Part shown: one piece after another, positions 30,197 to 43,520 of the stretch
How positions within the stretch are numbered: the stretch's first letter is position 1
Layout of the letters: each line of letters begins with the position of its first letter
Assembly: GCF_009914755.1 (NCBI RefSeq)
Contig: NC_060930.1
Length of the DNA stretch: 64,000 bases
Origin: the human T2T-CHM13v2.0 reference genome, Homo sapiens
Reading direction: 5' to 3' (one strand)
Notes under the pieces: generated by a model
What the model was told of the DNA's origin: nothing
The model's input: only the letters and a program-made list of their open reading frames with translations
The model's database searches: none
Made by a program: the position numbers and the translations under genes

Positions 30197-32177
30197 TAAT
30201 CAAATTTTGTTTATTGTGTGCAGTCTTATCTTCCTTGCTAAGAATTTTTCAGAACAAATGATTAAGTTATATTGACACAGATGTTCTTGGTTTTCACAGA
30301 GATGACCAAAAGGAGAAAAGATCCTTCTTGAATTATTTCCCCAGGACAAAAATCACTCCTTGTAAGGAATAAGAAATTGTAGCATGAAATCAAACGTATT
30401 ATTTAGCTGTTGAAGGTAAGGCAAACTGTTTCCATTACTGTGTAATTTGATCTCACAACCAAAGTCGGTTCACTAGAAATAAAAGAAAAACAGACGACAT
30501 AAGTTTTCTCTGTGGTCCAAGACCATCAGCTCTTAGTTATTCTTGCAGACAGACCTCTTCCTATGAAAGAAAAGCATTACCAAGGTGAAGTTCTCATAAG
30601 AGTTTTCTTGTCCATCACAATTTGCACTACTTGGACTCTACAGTTCTAAATCAAGAAGACTCCTCAGCAAACCTGCCATTTCTCCTTCTTTCTTTGATTC
30701 AATTTCTTTGAAATCTGGCGTGAATCAGCTCCCCAACTTATTCCTTTCCCTGGAGCCATTTCTCTTAGTCTCTCTTCTCCTTCCCTGATTTATAGGAGAG
30801 GTTTGCCCCCTCCTTTGCACTCAGCAGCCACATTTCTAAAAGGATTTCATCCTCTTGGCTTTCATAATGGAAATGTTAAGTTTTCCACAGAGGACATTCC
30901 CTAGAGGGGAGTTTTGCTCACACCCTAGAATGGATGTCAGTTAATATTTAGACACAATTAATTAACGGTAAACCCTAAGGCAAACTTTGCTGTTAGGAAA
31001 ATCAGACTGTATCCCCGATTAAATGAAGGGCTGCTTCCCTGACCAAGTCAGCAGATGTTTGTTCTATTATCAGCAAAGACTGACATCACATGCTTGGTGG
31101 GTGCAGACATAGGTTAATTAAGAATATTTAAAATATATGACAGAAACAGTGTCGGGCTTTCTCAAGCTAAGTTGCCAATGTTTCCCCACCTCCTGACTTT
31201 CTCTTCATATAGTTCCTTTTTTCTACCACACCTCAGATTTCAGTCCATGATGTCATAACAAGCTTCCAGATTTCTGAAAAGCTCTTTGAGTCGCTCTGAA
31301 GTCTTTTCAAGACCTTCCTCAAGTCATTTAGCCTACAGGGACTTGAAACATTTATCATCCTATTCATTGAGAACTGTTGGAAGATATATTTATGTTTTTG
31401 CTTCAGTGAATATAGAAGTCTGGATATGGCTGAATCTAATAACTGAAGGTTTTATCTTGACATTGTAAATATAATGAAAATGTGTACAAAATGGAATATA
31501 CTATTTATGAGGTAGTAAATAACAAAATGGACTCAGCCCAAGAATGTTTGTTCATTTCTTCATTTTCAATTAAATGCCTGAAATGAATTTATTTCTGAAT
31601 AAATTTATTTAATAAATATTTAGCAAATGCTCAGTGTGTTTTAACTATCCTGAAGGATTTTTAAAAAAAAATTCAAAAGGGAACCCCTGGTAGGGAAATA
31701 AATGAAGTTTGTTGGGATGAGAACATTTCTTCCTTCTCCAGATGTGAAGTGAGCCGCACATTTGGCCTAACTTAACATTTCTCATTCACTCACGGCCAGC
31801 TTGAAAAGACATATTGGTCATATAGCCCATTCCCTTTCTTGTCCCTTTATCTTGGGACCCAGCCCCACTCCCTTATAAGTTTCAGGGCTTGCTAGATGTT
31901 CATTGCCATGTTACCCCATCCCTAGCAGTGTTGACCAATTGTAGTGTTTGCCTATTCCAAGCTGCTTTTTACTGGGTAAATAATTGTCCAATTCTGGAAT
32001 TCTGTTTGGCACCCCATTTGCCCAAAGTATCAACTTCATCAAAAATAATTATATCATTTTATATCCCTTTCACTTTATTGTTTTATCTCAACCAGTTCAG
32101 AACATAGGTGCAAAAAAGGGTCCTATTGATTTTAAAAACACTCAAATTCTAATAAAGCAGAGAGATAACTATAATAA

Positions 32178-32481
<304 letters not shown>

Positions 32482-32693
32482 AACATTTAAGTTTCAACGT
32501 GTCTAAGAAACATATAAAAATTAAAACAATTATTTCCAGTTGGGGTGCTAGCAGTTGCAGCAAAAATCTAGAAAGATTTCTTTAGATCTTGAGGATATAA
32601 GGGGCTTATCTGTTTGTTTCCTATTATCTTCCCAACATACAGCCACAGTAAATTGAGCTAATGAAAAAGTTGGAGACTTGAATGATGACCAGG

Positions 32694-32752
32694 CAAACCT
32701 GCACGTTGTGCACATGTACCCTAAAACTTAAAGTATAATTAAAAAAAAAAAA
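32694..32752 (+). mobile_element. Young L1PA extreme 3' stub (~60 bp)
   Basis: caaacctgcacgttgtgcacatgtaccctaaaacttaaagtataat followed by poly-A. Confidence 0.9.
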
Positions 32753-32764
32753 GAATGGTGGATA

Positions 32765-33118
<354 letters not shown>

Positions 33119-34929
33119 TTAGGCAAATGAGAAACAACTGATTAATGTGCAGGGGTAAGAACTATGTGTTTTTCTTAAGAATTGAATAGAGCAAAAATGC
33201 TCAATTAATCAAAATTTGTTATCTAAAATAAAAGCATAAAATCCATTTAATGCAGAAAATACCTTGTTACAGTATTTTTTTCCCAGAGTAGCCTGGGACA
33301 TCTCAATCATTTACATATTGAAATGAAACCACTGTGACAAATATAAGTCTATGTACATGCTGTAGAATAAAAAACAAGTTAATAATTCATTTATTCTGAT
33401 TTTTTATCCTACCTTCTGAATGTGGCAGAGATTTCTAACCAGCATTCCTGGCACTCAACCAATTGTTTTAATAAATTATAACTTCTAGTCTATAACACTT
33501 ATATGGCTATAACCACTAAAAGGTACCAGAGTAGAGGCAAATGTCATGCCAAACTTTGTAGCTAGGTTCATAAAAGGAGATATTAAAAAATATTAAATTA
33601 GCATTCCTTCCAGATATTTCTCATTTAGCTTCATTTTAAAGTTAGGTGGCCACCACTTCTGACACAATTCCTCCTAATTTCATAGTCAGCAAACAACTCG
33701 GCCTAGAAATTCCTGCTCACTGAGGACCCTCCTGAGTTAGGGTGCAGAGTGACACTCTCTGAAATAACGGCAGGCCCTGTTTTGTTCTTCAGAGCTGTAA
33801 GAAACAAGCCTCTGAAACATGATCAACGAAAACTTTGTTTGTTGCCCTTTTCTTAAGAAAAAAAACAAAAACAAAAACAAAAAAGTAGTATTTTTGAAGG
33901 AATAAAAAATGAACTCTCCAAAGAACAAAGGAACCAGCGGCTCCAGATATATTTTAAGCCTAAGGAAAGTTAGAAGCCAAAAGAGAATATGAGTGGCAGG
34001 ACACATACAGTCGACCTTTAAAGGTTTGATTTCTGTTTTAAGTTCTGCAAACACCCCCGGCTTTCCCCCACATAAAATAAAAAAACCTGACTTATGTTCA
34101 AATGTGGCCTTCGTCCTTCACCCTAACACCAAACACCACGAGGAAAAAAATTAGGGGTGGGAAGGCGACATGTCTATAAAGATATGAATATCCATCCCAC
34201 AGTACCAACTGAATCAAAGATGAAGCTCTGAGATTTGAGCTTGGTGCAGAATCACGATGTAGTGTGATGATTCTTAAGCATGGGGGTCAGACTCAGACAG
34301 CACTTTACTGCAGAGCTGGTGAAGAAGCTGCCACTCCCACCTCCTCTCCAGACCATCCTTCAGGAAGGCCTACCAAGATCCTCCACTTGACCCTGGATGT
34401 GAGCCCCGTAAGGCAAAATCACTTTGATCTCTGATATTTGTTTCATCTGAAGGTGAACTCCTCAGATCATCAATACTCTGGCTGTGTCTATGCTAGCATT
34501 ATTAGGCAATGCAGAATTGAAAAAAAAAATCTAGCAAATTAAAATAAAGGAGGCCATGAGATAAACGTACTTTAGTCTAAAATATTTAGATAATGAAGAA
34601 AAATGGCCTTGTTAGCTAAAAGATATAGATTTGATTCAGTTTTCAATTTTAGTCTTGGATGGACTAAGTTTTATTCTCTGCTCAGGTACACAGGTTAGTT
34701 CATTAAAAATAAAGACAGAATATCAAGAGAGTGATTCAGACCAATTTCTTATACATTCAATGTTGTGTTTTTGCTAGTGGTCATTAAATTAAGAACAATT
34801 TAAGAAAGTAGTAATTACTGGATTTTCATTCTCATTCAACATCCTAACATAGAAGATTTTAAATCTACTAAAATTTTAAAATTCACACAGTCAAGTGAGC
34901 TCATATGTTTAAAATGCAGAATTTTTTGA

Positions 34930-35660
34930 ATCACTGAGAAATAGACATACTAATAGAAAAAATTGGTAAAAATCTGAAAATGTGATGAATATATCAAGTA
35001 ATGCAAATGGTCAATGAACATACGTTCAAACTCACTAGTAAAATTTAAAATATCAAATTAAAATGAGATACAACAGCACATTTATTAAATTGGCAATGAA
35101 GAAAAAGGGATAATACCAAGTGATGATAGGACTTCTTGGACTTCCACACACAGCTGTTGGTAGAATGGAAACAGCTATAACCTTTCTGTAAGGCAACTCA
35201 GCAAGCTACAGCTGAAGTGTTAATAATGAGCACATTGTCTCTGCAATAGCATTTCCAAGGTTAATTGCAAATAAATTATTAAAGATAAACAAAGATTTGC
35301 TTGAAGGTTATTATCATATTTCTTTATATTATTTCAAAATTTGGAAACAAATGTTATATCCAAAATAAGAATGGGTTAAGTAACTAATGTTAAAATCATG
35401 CAATAGGACACTACTGAAAAATCATGTTTCTATATGTTTTATGAAAAAATAAATTTATTGATATAGGAAGAATATCACAACATATTGTGTTAAAAATAAA
35501 GTCATTTTATAAAAGAGTGCATATAAATATTCTCTTCTGTGTTTTATGGAAGGGTAAATATCACCAAAATGTTAACAAGGTGACTTCAGGTAGTAGAATT
35601 GTACATATTTTTAATTTTTGACAACTAAAATATGTGTAATAGAATTTCTTTTTAATTTAT
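34930..35660 (+). mobile_element. Old L1ME-like 3' fragment
   Basis: caaatggtcaatgaacatacgttcaaactcactagta...caaattaaaatgagata...ggaaacaaatg. Confidence 0.65.
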
Positions 35661-35775
35661 AGTAAAAAGTTGAAAAGGAAGTGAGGATGTGCTTATAAGC
35701 TAACGTAAGGAGCAGAAAAGTAAAATCGTGAGCTCCACAGAACACCAAGATATTTAGTTAAAACTATGCAAACAA

Positions 35776-37027
35776 AATTGACAAATGTGATTTAATTAAA
35801 CTAAAGAGCTTCTTTACAGCAAAAGAAACTGTCAACAGAATGAACAGACAACCTACAAAATGGAAGAAAATTTTTGCAAACTATGCATCTAACAAAGGTC
35901 TAATATCCAGCATAAGGAGCTTAAACAAATGTACTAAAAAAAATTAAAAAGTGAGTAAAGGACATGAACAGACATTTTTCTTTTTTTTTTAATTATAATT
36001 TAAGTTCTAGGGTACATGTGCACACCGTGCAGGTTTGTTACATATGTATACATGTGCCATGTTGGTATGCTGCACTCACTGACTTGTCATTTACATTAGG
36101 TATATCTCCTAATGCTATCCCTCCCCCCTCCCTCTTCCCCCACCTCACAAGAGGCCTCTGTGTGTGATGTCCCCCTTCCTGTGTCCAAGTGTTCTCATAT
36201 GAACAGACATTTTTCAAAAGAAGACATATGTGCAGCCAACAATCATATGCAAAAAGCTTAACATCATTGATCATTGGAGAACTGCAAGTCAAAACCACAA
36301 TGAGACACCATCTCACACCAGTCAGAATAACTATTATCAAAAAGGCAAAAAAATAACAGATGCTGGTGAGGTTGTGGGGAAAAAGGAATGCTTACGCACT
36401 GTTGGTGGAGGGTAAATTAGTTCAATCATTGTGGAAGACAGTGTGGTAATTCCTCAAAGACCTAGAGACAGAAATACCACTTGGCCCAGCAATTCCATTA
36501 CTGGATATATTCCCAAAAGAATATAAATCATTCTAACATAAAGACCCATGCACACATATGTTTATTGCAGCACTATTCACAATAGCAAAGACATGGAATC
36601 AACCTAAATGCCCATTAATGGAAAACTAGATAAAGAAAATGTCGTACATATACAACATGGAATACTCTGCAGCCATAAAAACAGAGTGAGATCCTGAGTT
36701 TTGCAGAAACATAGATGTAGCTGGAGGCCATTATCCTCACCAAACTAACACAGGAACAGAGAACCAAATACCTCATGTTCCCACTTACAAGTAGGAGTTA
36801 AATGATAAGAACAGATAGACACATAGAGGGAAACAATACACACTGGGTATATGAGAGGGTGGAGTGTGGGAGGAGAAAGAAGATCAGGAAAACTATTGGG
36901 TACTATTCTTAATACCTGGGTCATGAAATAATCTGTAAAACAAACCTCCATGACACAAGTTTACCTATATAACAGACCTACACTTGTATGCCTGAAATTG
37001 AAATAAAAGTTAAATGAAAAAAAAAAA
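35776..37027 (+). mobile_element. L1PA13-16-like 3' portion with a nested younger L1
   Basis: ORF2 C-terminus and 3' UTR (gatcaggaaaacta..gggtact..aaataatctgta..catgacacaagtttacctatataac); aaaactatg on both flanks. Confidence 0.9.
35981..36198 (-). mobile_element. L1PA4/5-like 3' end inserted antisense in the older L1
   Basis: ttaagttctagggtacatgtgcac...; perfect 17-bp TSD atgaacagacatttttc at 35964-35980 and 36199-36215. Confidence 0.93.
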
Positions 37028-39129
37028 CTATGTGAACATAACTCCAAATAACTTTGTGAAAATACAAAATGAAGGCATTCTTTGTCCGTTACATATTTTC
37101 TTCTTCAAATATAAAATCTAAAAAATGTACTCCTTTTTATTAAAATGGTTTAATCAAACTATTACTGACATGGAGCTTATCCCAATAACTTAGAAACAAG
37201 AGCTCAAGTTTTCTAACAAATGTATTTTAATTCTAACCTACATTGTATTGTACTTTCAGTAATAGTTTACAAACATTGATGGAATTCCATTTACTTTCTT
37301 AAGTAAAAGTTATATAAATTCATAAAGATGATAATGGCATGCTATTATTTTCTCAAACACATTTTTATTTATAATTCTATTTCCCAGTGGTATTTTCTGT
37401 ACCCTAAACAGAAGTGGAGGTTTTGCCTGAATTATCAGGATATTGCCACACTTCTAATCTTTGCTTTGCTAGTAAATATCTGACATATGGGACTTGCCCA
37501 AGGTTGTTTAAAAATGAAGGAAATGCCATGAGGGGAATACAGACATTCTGACTAATTCAGATGTACCTCTCATTATTTATTCATTCATTCATCCATCCAT
37601 GCCAATCCAGTTGAGTTTGTAAGATCCATTTTTCCCCTACTGGGATCCCCTCTTTTTTCTCTGGTATTCGGCTGCACTTCACAGGCCTGCTTCAGCGCAT
37701 ATACCTGTCCCTTACTCTCTTACTTCAGAGGTGACATGTCTTTAATTTCACAGTATCTTTAGCTTTGTACTATAATTATAAATGGATTTCAAGTCCTATA
37801 CTAATTCTATTTAGTTGGTAGTGGCTGCACAAAATGATTTATTGAGAAGAATTTTAGGAGAAATAGGAAAACAAATTCTAAATTGGTATCCCAATTCATT
37901 TGGAAAAATTTCCATGATTGACTCATCATTCCTACCACTCATGAAATTGGAAGGAGAGGTGGGGATAGCAACAATAAATTATCATTTTCAGAGTGGGCAC
38001 TTCTATTAATAGTTTGGTTCTTCACTCTCCTGTTTCTTCCTAACTATAAATATTTATAACTTTTTAAATCTTTAGCAGAGCTCACGTTGGCATTTCCCAA
38101 CATGACACATATCCCTCCCCTATAACAAACCCTTCCTCAAACTCTCCTTTATTTCAGTTGTCTCTTAAGTCCAATCCATTCATTCTATTATATTTAGAGT
38201 GTTAACTAAGTGCCAAGCATACTGCTGGGATTTTAAGAAAAATCATCAGGACCTGAACTAGAACAGTGAGCCACTGTAGCCAACCACATTCAATGTCAAA
38301 CCCTCACAGGGAGACCCCACATTGGATTTACACAAAAAGTAATGCCTTTCAGGCTAATTGTATCTCTGGTTCATGTTTAGGAAAAAGACTTCCTAAACAT
38401 TTAATGGGTAACAAATGACAATGTCTCCCTCCTTTTTTTCTCCTTTTTCTTTTTCTCTTTTTTTCCCCCAATGTTTATGTAGCTTAAACAATAATATCAC
38501 GCAGAAAGTCACCCCAGGAATCTAGCTAAACTCCTGTCTTCAAGTACTTGAATACAAATGAACACAAAACAGGAGTTAAATGCCACTGAAGACTGTTAAC
38601 CATCTGAACTGGTAAGATTTTAAGCAATTGCATAATATTGCCTCCAGCAACAAACTTTACCTAATCATATGAGTCCATACCAGTTCAGTGCAAATATAAG
38701 CACTGTAAGAAAAAGCTACATTCAGCCTTAAACCAAAAGCAGTAAGATGCAGCCTGAAAAATACTCCCCTAATGTACAAGGAAAGAGCTTAAAGCAGAAA
38801 GTTATATGAGGAAATGATTTATCCAGAGCATTCTAAACAAATAAAACCGAACAGTGCTAAAGTGCTACAAACAATTCCATTTTCCATTAATTAACAAAAT
38901 CTAAATTTTACAATTACCACAAGGAAAAAATTGTAAATGTTGATTCCATTTTAAATATTGAATTAAATGTTATGTGCATTAATATGTGTTGGCACTTAGA
39001 ACAATCTCTTGTATATGATATGCAGTATATCATTTGGCTATTATTATCATATGATCATTATTAATAATTCAGAAGTGCCTGTGACTACTTCATCAATTGG
39101 ACTTGAATTTATACAGCTCTGAAAAGCCG

Positions 39130-39340
39130 TATGGGAGAAAGTGCACTAGATGAAGGGTCAAGAATCTCAAATTCTTCCTGAAGATTAGGACAAGGAAGAA
39201 AGAAAAAAAAAATCTCAAATTCTAGCCTATGAGTGAGATGCTAATGCCGCATCTATATATATAGCTGCATCTCACTTTGCTTCACCAGATCTCAGTTATA
39301 TTTATCTTTAAAATGGGAAACCTGCGTTACATGATTCAGC
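39130..39340 (+). mobile_element. MIR interrupted by a micro-insertion
   Basis: gtgcactagatgaagggtca...ctcagttatatttatctttaaaatggg. Confidence 0.6.
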
Positions 39341-39889
39341 CATAGACAACCTCCTGCTGCTTCTATAAGGAGAGAAGACAATTGAGCTAAGGCACGTGAA
39401 AGGACCGCAAATGCCAGTTGGTGCTTCACAAGTGAGAGATATTTCAGCTACCAATCCAGCAAACCTCACAGGCCTGCATATGATTTCAATGCCAAATGGA
39501 TCCAGAGTCTGAGAATTTCTTCATTAAAACAAATATGGAGTGAGAGAAAAGGAGTGAGGGGAGAAACCTTGATAAGGCGGAAAGAACGTGGACAGGATCT
39601 TTTAATAACAAGGCTAAAAGAACAAAAATAGCAAAATGCTGGTTTTGAGGGCAAGTGCTTGTACCATAAATGCCTCTCTTCCCAACTCAAACTAATGGTT
39701 TTCCTCCAGTATTCCCATTGAGTCTTCCTCATACTGAGGACACAAGATAACTTCTTGGTATTCCTGCCGAGATTCATGCCTGGTATGTACAATGTAAATT
39801 TAACCGTTGGCAAATATTAAACAAACCCAAATCGAAAGATGGTCTGTTCTCTTCTAAAATACTGAGGAATTGCCTGTATTCTGAAATAT

Positions 39890-40440
39890 TAATGTTATAA
39901 AAGACAAAGTAGACTTGCCTTTTGTTATGAAAGACAAAGAAGAACTTTTTATAGTCATCAAAAAATTAAAATAAAAGAACACAGGGCATGGCCACAAAAT
40001 GCAGCAGATGACATTCTGTTGCATCAGCCCTCTGAAATTTTATCTTTTGCTATGAAGAAATTGGGATGATATTTGAATAAAAATAATAGAGATAATATTA
40101 TATTACTGTTTATTTCCTGATTTGCACTGTGCTACGTAAGAGGATATTTTTGTCTTCAGGAAATACACTAAACTATTTGGAAACAAAAAGATACTGGTTA
40201 TCCAAGTGTTTTAGAGAAATATATTTTTAATGTATAAATAGATGTATATAAAGAGAAAGAAGCATATCTATATACATATATATGTATATAGAGAGAACAA
40301 GACAAAGAGGATGAGAAAGCAAATGTGGTACATTATTAACCATTTTTGGAGAATCTGAGTGAACAGTATGTGAGAAGCGTTTTTAATACTTTTGCAACTT
40401 TTCTTTAGGCCTAATCATTTCAAAATAACAAGTTAAAGGG
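39890..40440 (+). mobile_element. L1MC/ME-like 3' UTR fragment
   Basis: tttcctgattt..tcttcaggaaatacact...aaagcaaatgtggta...gaatctgagtgaa...ttttgcaacttttct. Confidence 0.65.
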
Positions 40441-40502
40441 AAAAAAGGTGTAAAAATGTTCATATTGGAGACTCCTATCTCCTGAACAAGATTTTAAAAG
40501 CT

Positions 40503-40755
40503 CTGAGGTAGACGGATCGCTTGAGCTGAGGAGTTCCAGCAAGCCTGGGCATCACAACAAAACCCTGTCTCTACTGAAAACACAAAAAATTAGCCGGGTG
40601 TGGTGGTGAGTGCCTGTAGTCCCAGTCCTAGCTATTCAAGAGACTGAGGTGAGAGGATCACCTGAGCCCAGGAAGTTGAGGCTGCAGTGAGTTGTGATCG
40701 TGCCCCTGCACTTCGGCCTGGGTGACAGAGCGAAACCTCTGTCTCAAAAATAAAT

Positions 40756-40815
<60 letters not shown>
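40503..40815 (+). mobile_element. 5'-truncated AluJ with (TA)n tail
   Basis: gaggatcacctgagcccaggaagttgaggctgcagtgag; (TA)n at ~40762-40815. Confidence 0.9.
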
Positions 40816-40817
<2 letters not shown>

Positions 40818-41827
40818 TTGTGCTCTCATGCTCTCTCTCTCTTTGCAGCACCTTGCCTCTCCTACTAGACACATCGAGGGTTCCTAATAACTTACTGACA
40901 GACAGAGATGTATCTAAGTGCATGAAATTTAACCCAAAATTGAAGCTTGAGGTTCAAATTCAACTGGTAAACATGTTTCATTTGTCCTCCATGGTCTGCC
41001 AGCTGAGATTTTCAGCTGATGTTGAAAACTCTGGAGTTTTCACTTTTTTTCCCCCAATAGGTAGAATTGGAGCTTCTCTTTAAAAATCAGAAAATCTGGC
41101 ACCATTGGGCTCACATGGCAGGAAATGGTCACAGTTGAAAAACAGCCACCTCGGTTATGTGGGTGCCAGTTCTCCACAGGCTCCAGTCCTGTTTATTTTC
41201 TCTCAAACTGAGATTTGGTGTGAATCGCCATTAGCCATTAATGACTGCACTGGCACAATTATTTGCCTATGAGGAGAACAATGTATTTCTGTAGCCATAT
41301 CTTTACCTATAGCAAAGAATAAGAGAGACTGATGTGCTTTTTACTCTAGCTGGCTTCATTCATTCAGGTAACCTGTCTGGCACCTATGGGCATTTGGGTC
41401 TGAAACCATTGGCTTAATCCATTGCCAGAGCCTGGACTTTGTTTTAAGGGCAGCAAGATACCTTGGCCCAAACCAAGCCCTCTGGCATTGCTGAGAATTA
41501 AAGTTAATTCCCTGTTTGAACAAGCTTGAGGGAACCTTCAATACATCAATACCTACTAGCGATAGAGCAGATGCTGACAAGGAAGCCACTACAAGGAAAG
41601 ATCATTACATAGATTTCTTTTTTCTTATTTTCTCTGACAGAAGCTAGGAGTCAGATAATAAGATAATGGGAAAGGAGACTTGGCAGGAAATGGAGAGGTG
41701 GAAGAGGTTTATCATCTCTCCTTTGGTCCTGGAATCCAACAGAATGCTGATCTGTTTCTTTAATTAGCTTATCTAACCCCTCATGGGTGAAAATGAGAGA
41801 AAACACATTTCAAAGCAATCTTACTTC

Positions 41828-42062
41828 AATAATGATAGCAAACAATTCTGTAGCAGTTAACTATGTGCTGGGCTCTGTTTGTTTATACTGTACATGACTA
41901 ATGCATTCAGTCTTTACAACAACTTGTGATGTAGATTACTATTATTATCCATTTTACGGATAAGGAAACTGAGGCAGAAAAATAGTAGGTAACTTGCACA
42001 CAGTCACACAAGTTATGAAGTCAGAATTCTAGCCCATAGTCTGTTCTCTTAATTACCACATA
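41828..42062 (-). mobile_element. MIR
   Basis: attattatccattttacggataaggaaactgaggcaga...gtaacttgcacacagtcacac. Confidence 0.88.
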
Positions 42063-43367
42063 TTTCCTGCTAAAATGTCTCTGATTAACTATTAACAATG
42101 AAGTCTGAAGTGATATGATTCTGTTAAGGTTCAAAGACCAAAATATTCTCATGCCCACCACTACTAATGCTTTTAATCAATTTTAACATCGTAAGCTGAA
42201 AACAGAACAGAGTCATTGTCTCCTGTTAAGAATTGAAGCCATGACCTAAACATGTGACAGTTGTTTTTAAGTAACTCAGAGCTGAGCAGACGTCTGACTG
42301 TTGAGGTTCCTCGGAGTGTGGCTACAATTGTCTGTCCTAACATTGTCCTGGGGCTTTTCACGTGGTTCTCTAAGGCCCAATTTTCCAGAAAGTAGCCCTC
42401 TGGCCATATTTCTGTTGGTTATAGCTAGGTCTTTCGGTCTGAATCTGCTTTCAAAAATAATAAACAGTTGACTATGGATGCTTTGTGGAATTAGAAGCAA
42501 TAGCCTAGCTAGCAACTTGGAAACACAGGTGTCCTTTCAGAAATTTAACAATCTTCACTCCAACAGGTACTTATAACAGGCTCACCGTGTAGCATTTGCT
42601 TTTCAGGAAGAAGCTGGTCAGCAAAAAATGTATGTGCCCCTGCTTCCTAAGGAATCTCTCTCCCTTAACAGGGCAGTTCTCACAGAGCACGAGGTCAGAA
42701 AATTAAAAGGCTGCTCTGGGCCTCAGAAGCTTGACCTGCTTCACTCATTCCGCCTTTCTCTGAAACTCAACCCTCTGGATTCCCAAGATCTGTTTTATTT
42801 TATGCTCTTCTACCACTTTGCAGATTTCCCTCGGTGTACTGGCCTGGCTTCACGGTCACCAGGTGTCCTCTGTCCTCCCATCAACTGACACTTAATGAGC
42901 AGATGGTGCAAATGGCCTGGCAGTAATGTGATGCCTGAACGGGTGGGCTGCGAAAGGGGAAGGCAAGCAGCTTCAAGGAAACGGACAGATTTATTTGGTG
43001 TTTGTGCCACACAGAATCAGCAACCACAGAAAGAGGGTTGGAGCAAATATTTTTCAATGTAAAAATAAGATAGTATTCCTTAAAATGAGGAAATGGATAT
43101 GAGAATGCAGCACTCTCATGCTTCTATGTGAGGGAAATTACTGAACCCTGGTATATAATTTACAAAAATGTTTTTCAAGACATCAAGGTCCTATTGGCCA
43201 AGATAACTTGTCTTTGAAATTAGGATGGGTGAGAATAACTTCCTATTTATTTATATATTCCATAATGTACTCAATGCCAGACACTCTACTAGGGCTTGTA
43301 GGACAGTTGCTGTGCTCAAGTTGATGGAATGTTTAACTGGAAGGAATCTTTAAGATCCCCAAATTAG

Positions 43368-43520
43368 GACTTCTTAAGCTGCAGTGTTCATAGGAATTAC
43401 CTAGGATGTTTTTCAAATGGATGTTCTGATTCTGTGGGTGAGAACTGAGAGTTTATAGTTCTAACAAGCTTCCAGGTGGTGCCAATACTGCTGATCCATA
43501 GGACCATACTTGGAGTAGGG
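43368..43520. mobile_element. MER5A fragment
   Basis: gaattacctagga...ttctaacaagcttccaggtggtgccaatactgctgatccataggaccatacttggagtag. Confidence 0.8.
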
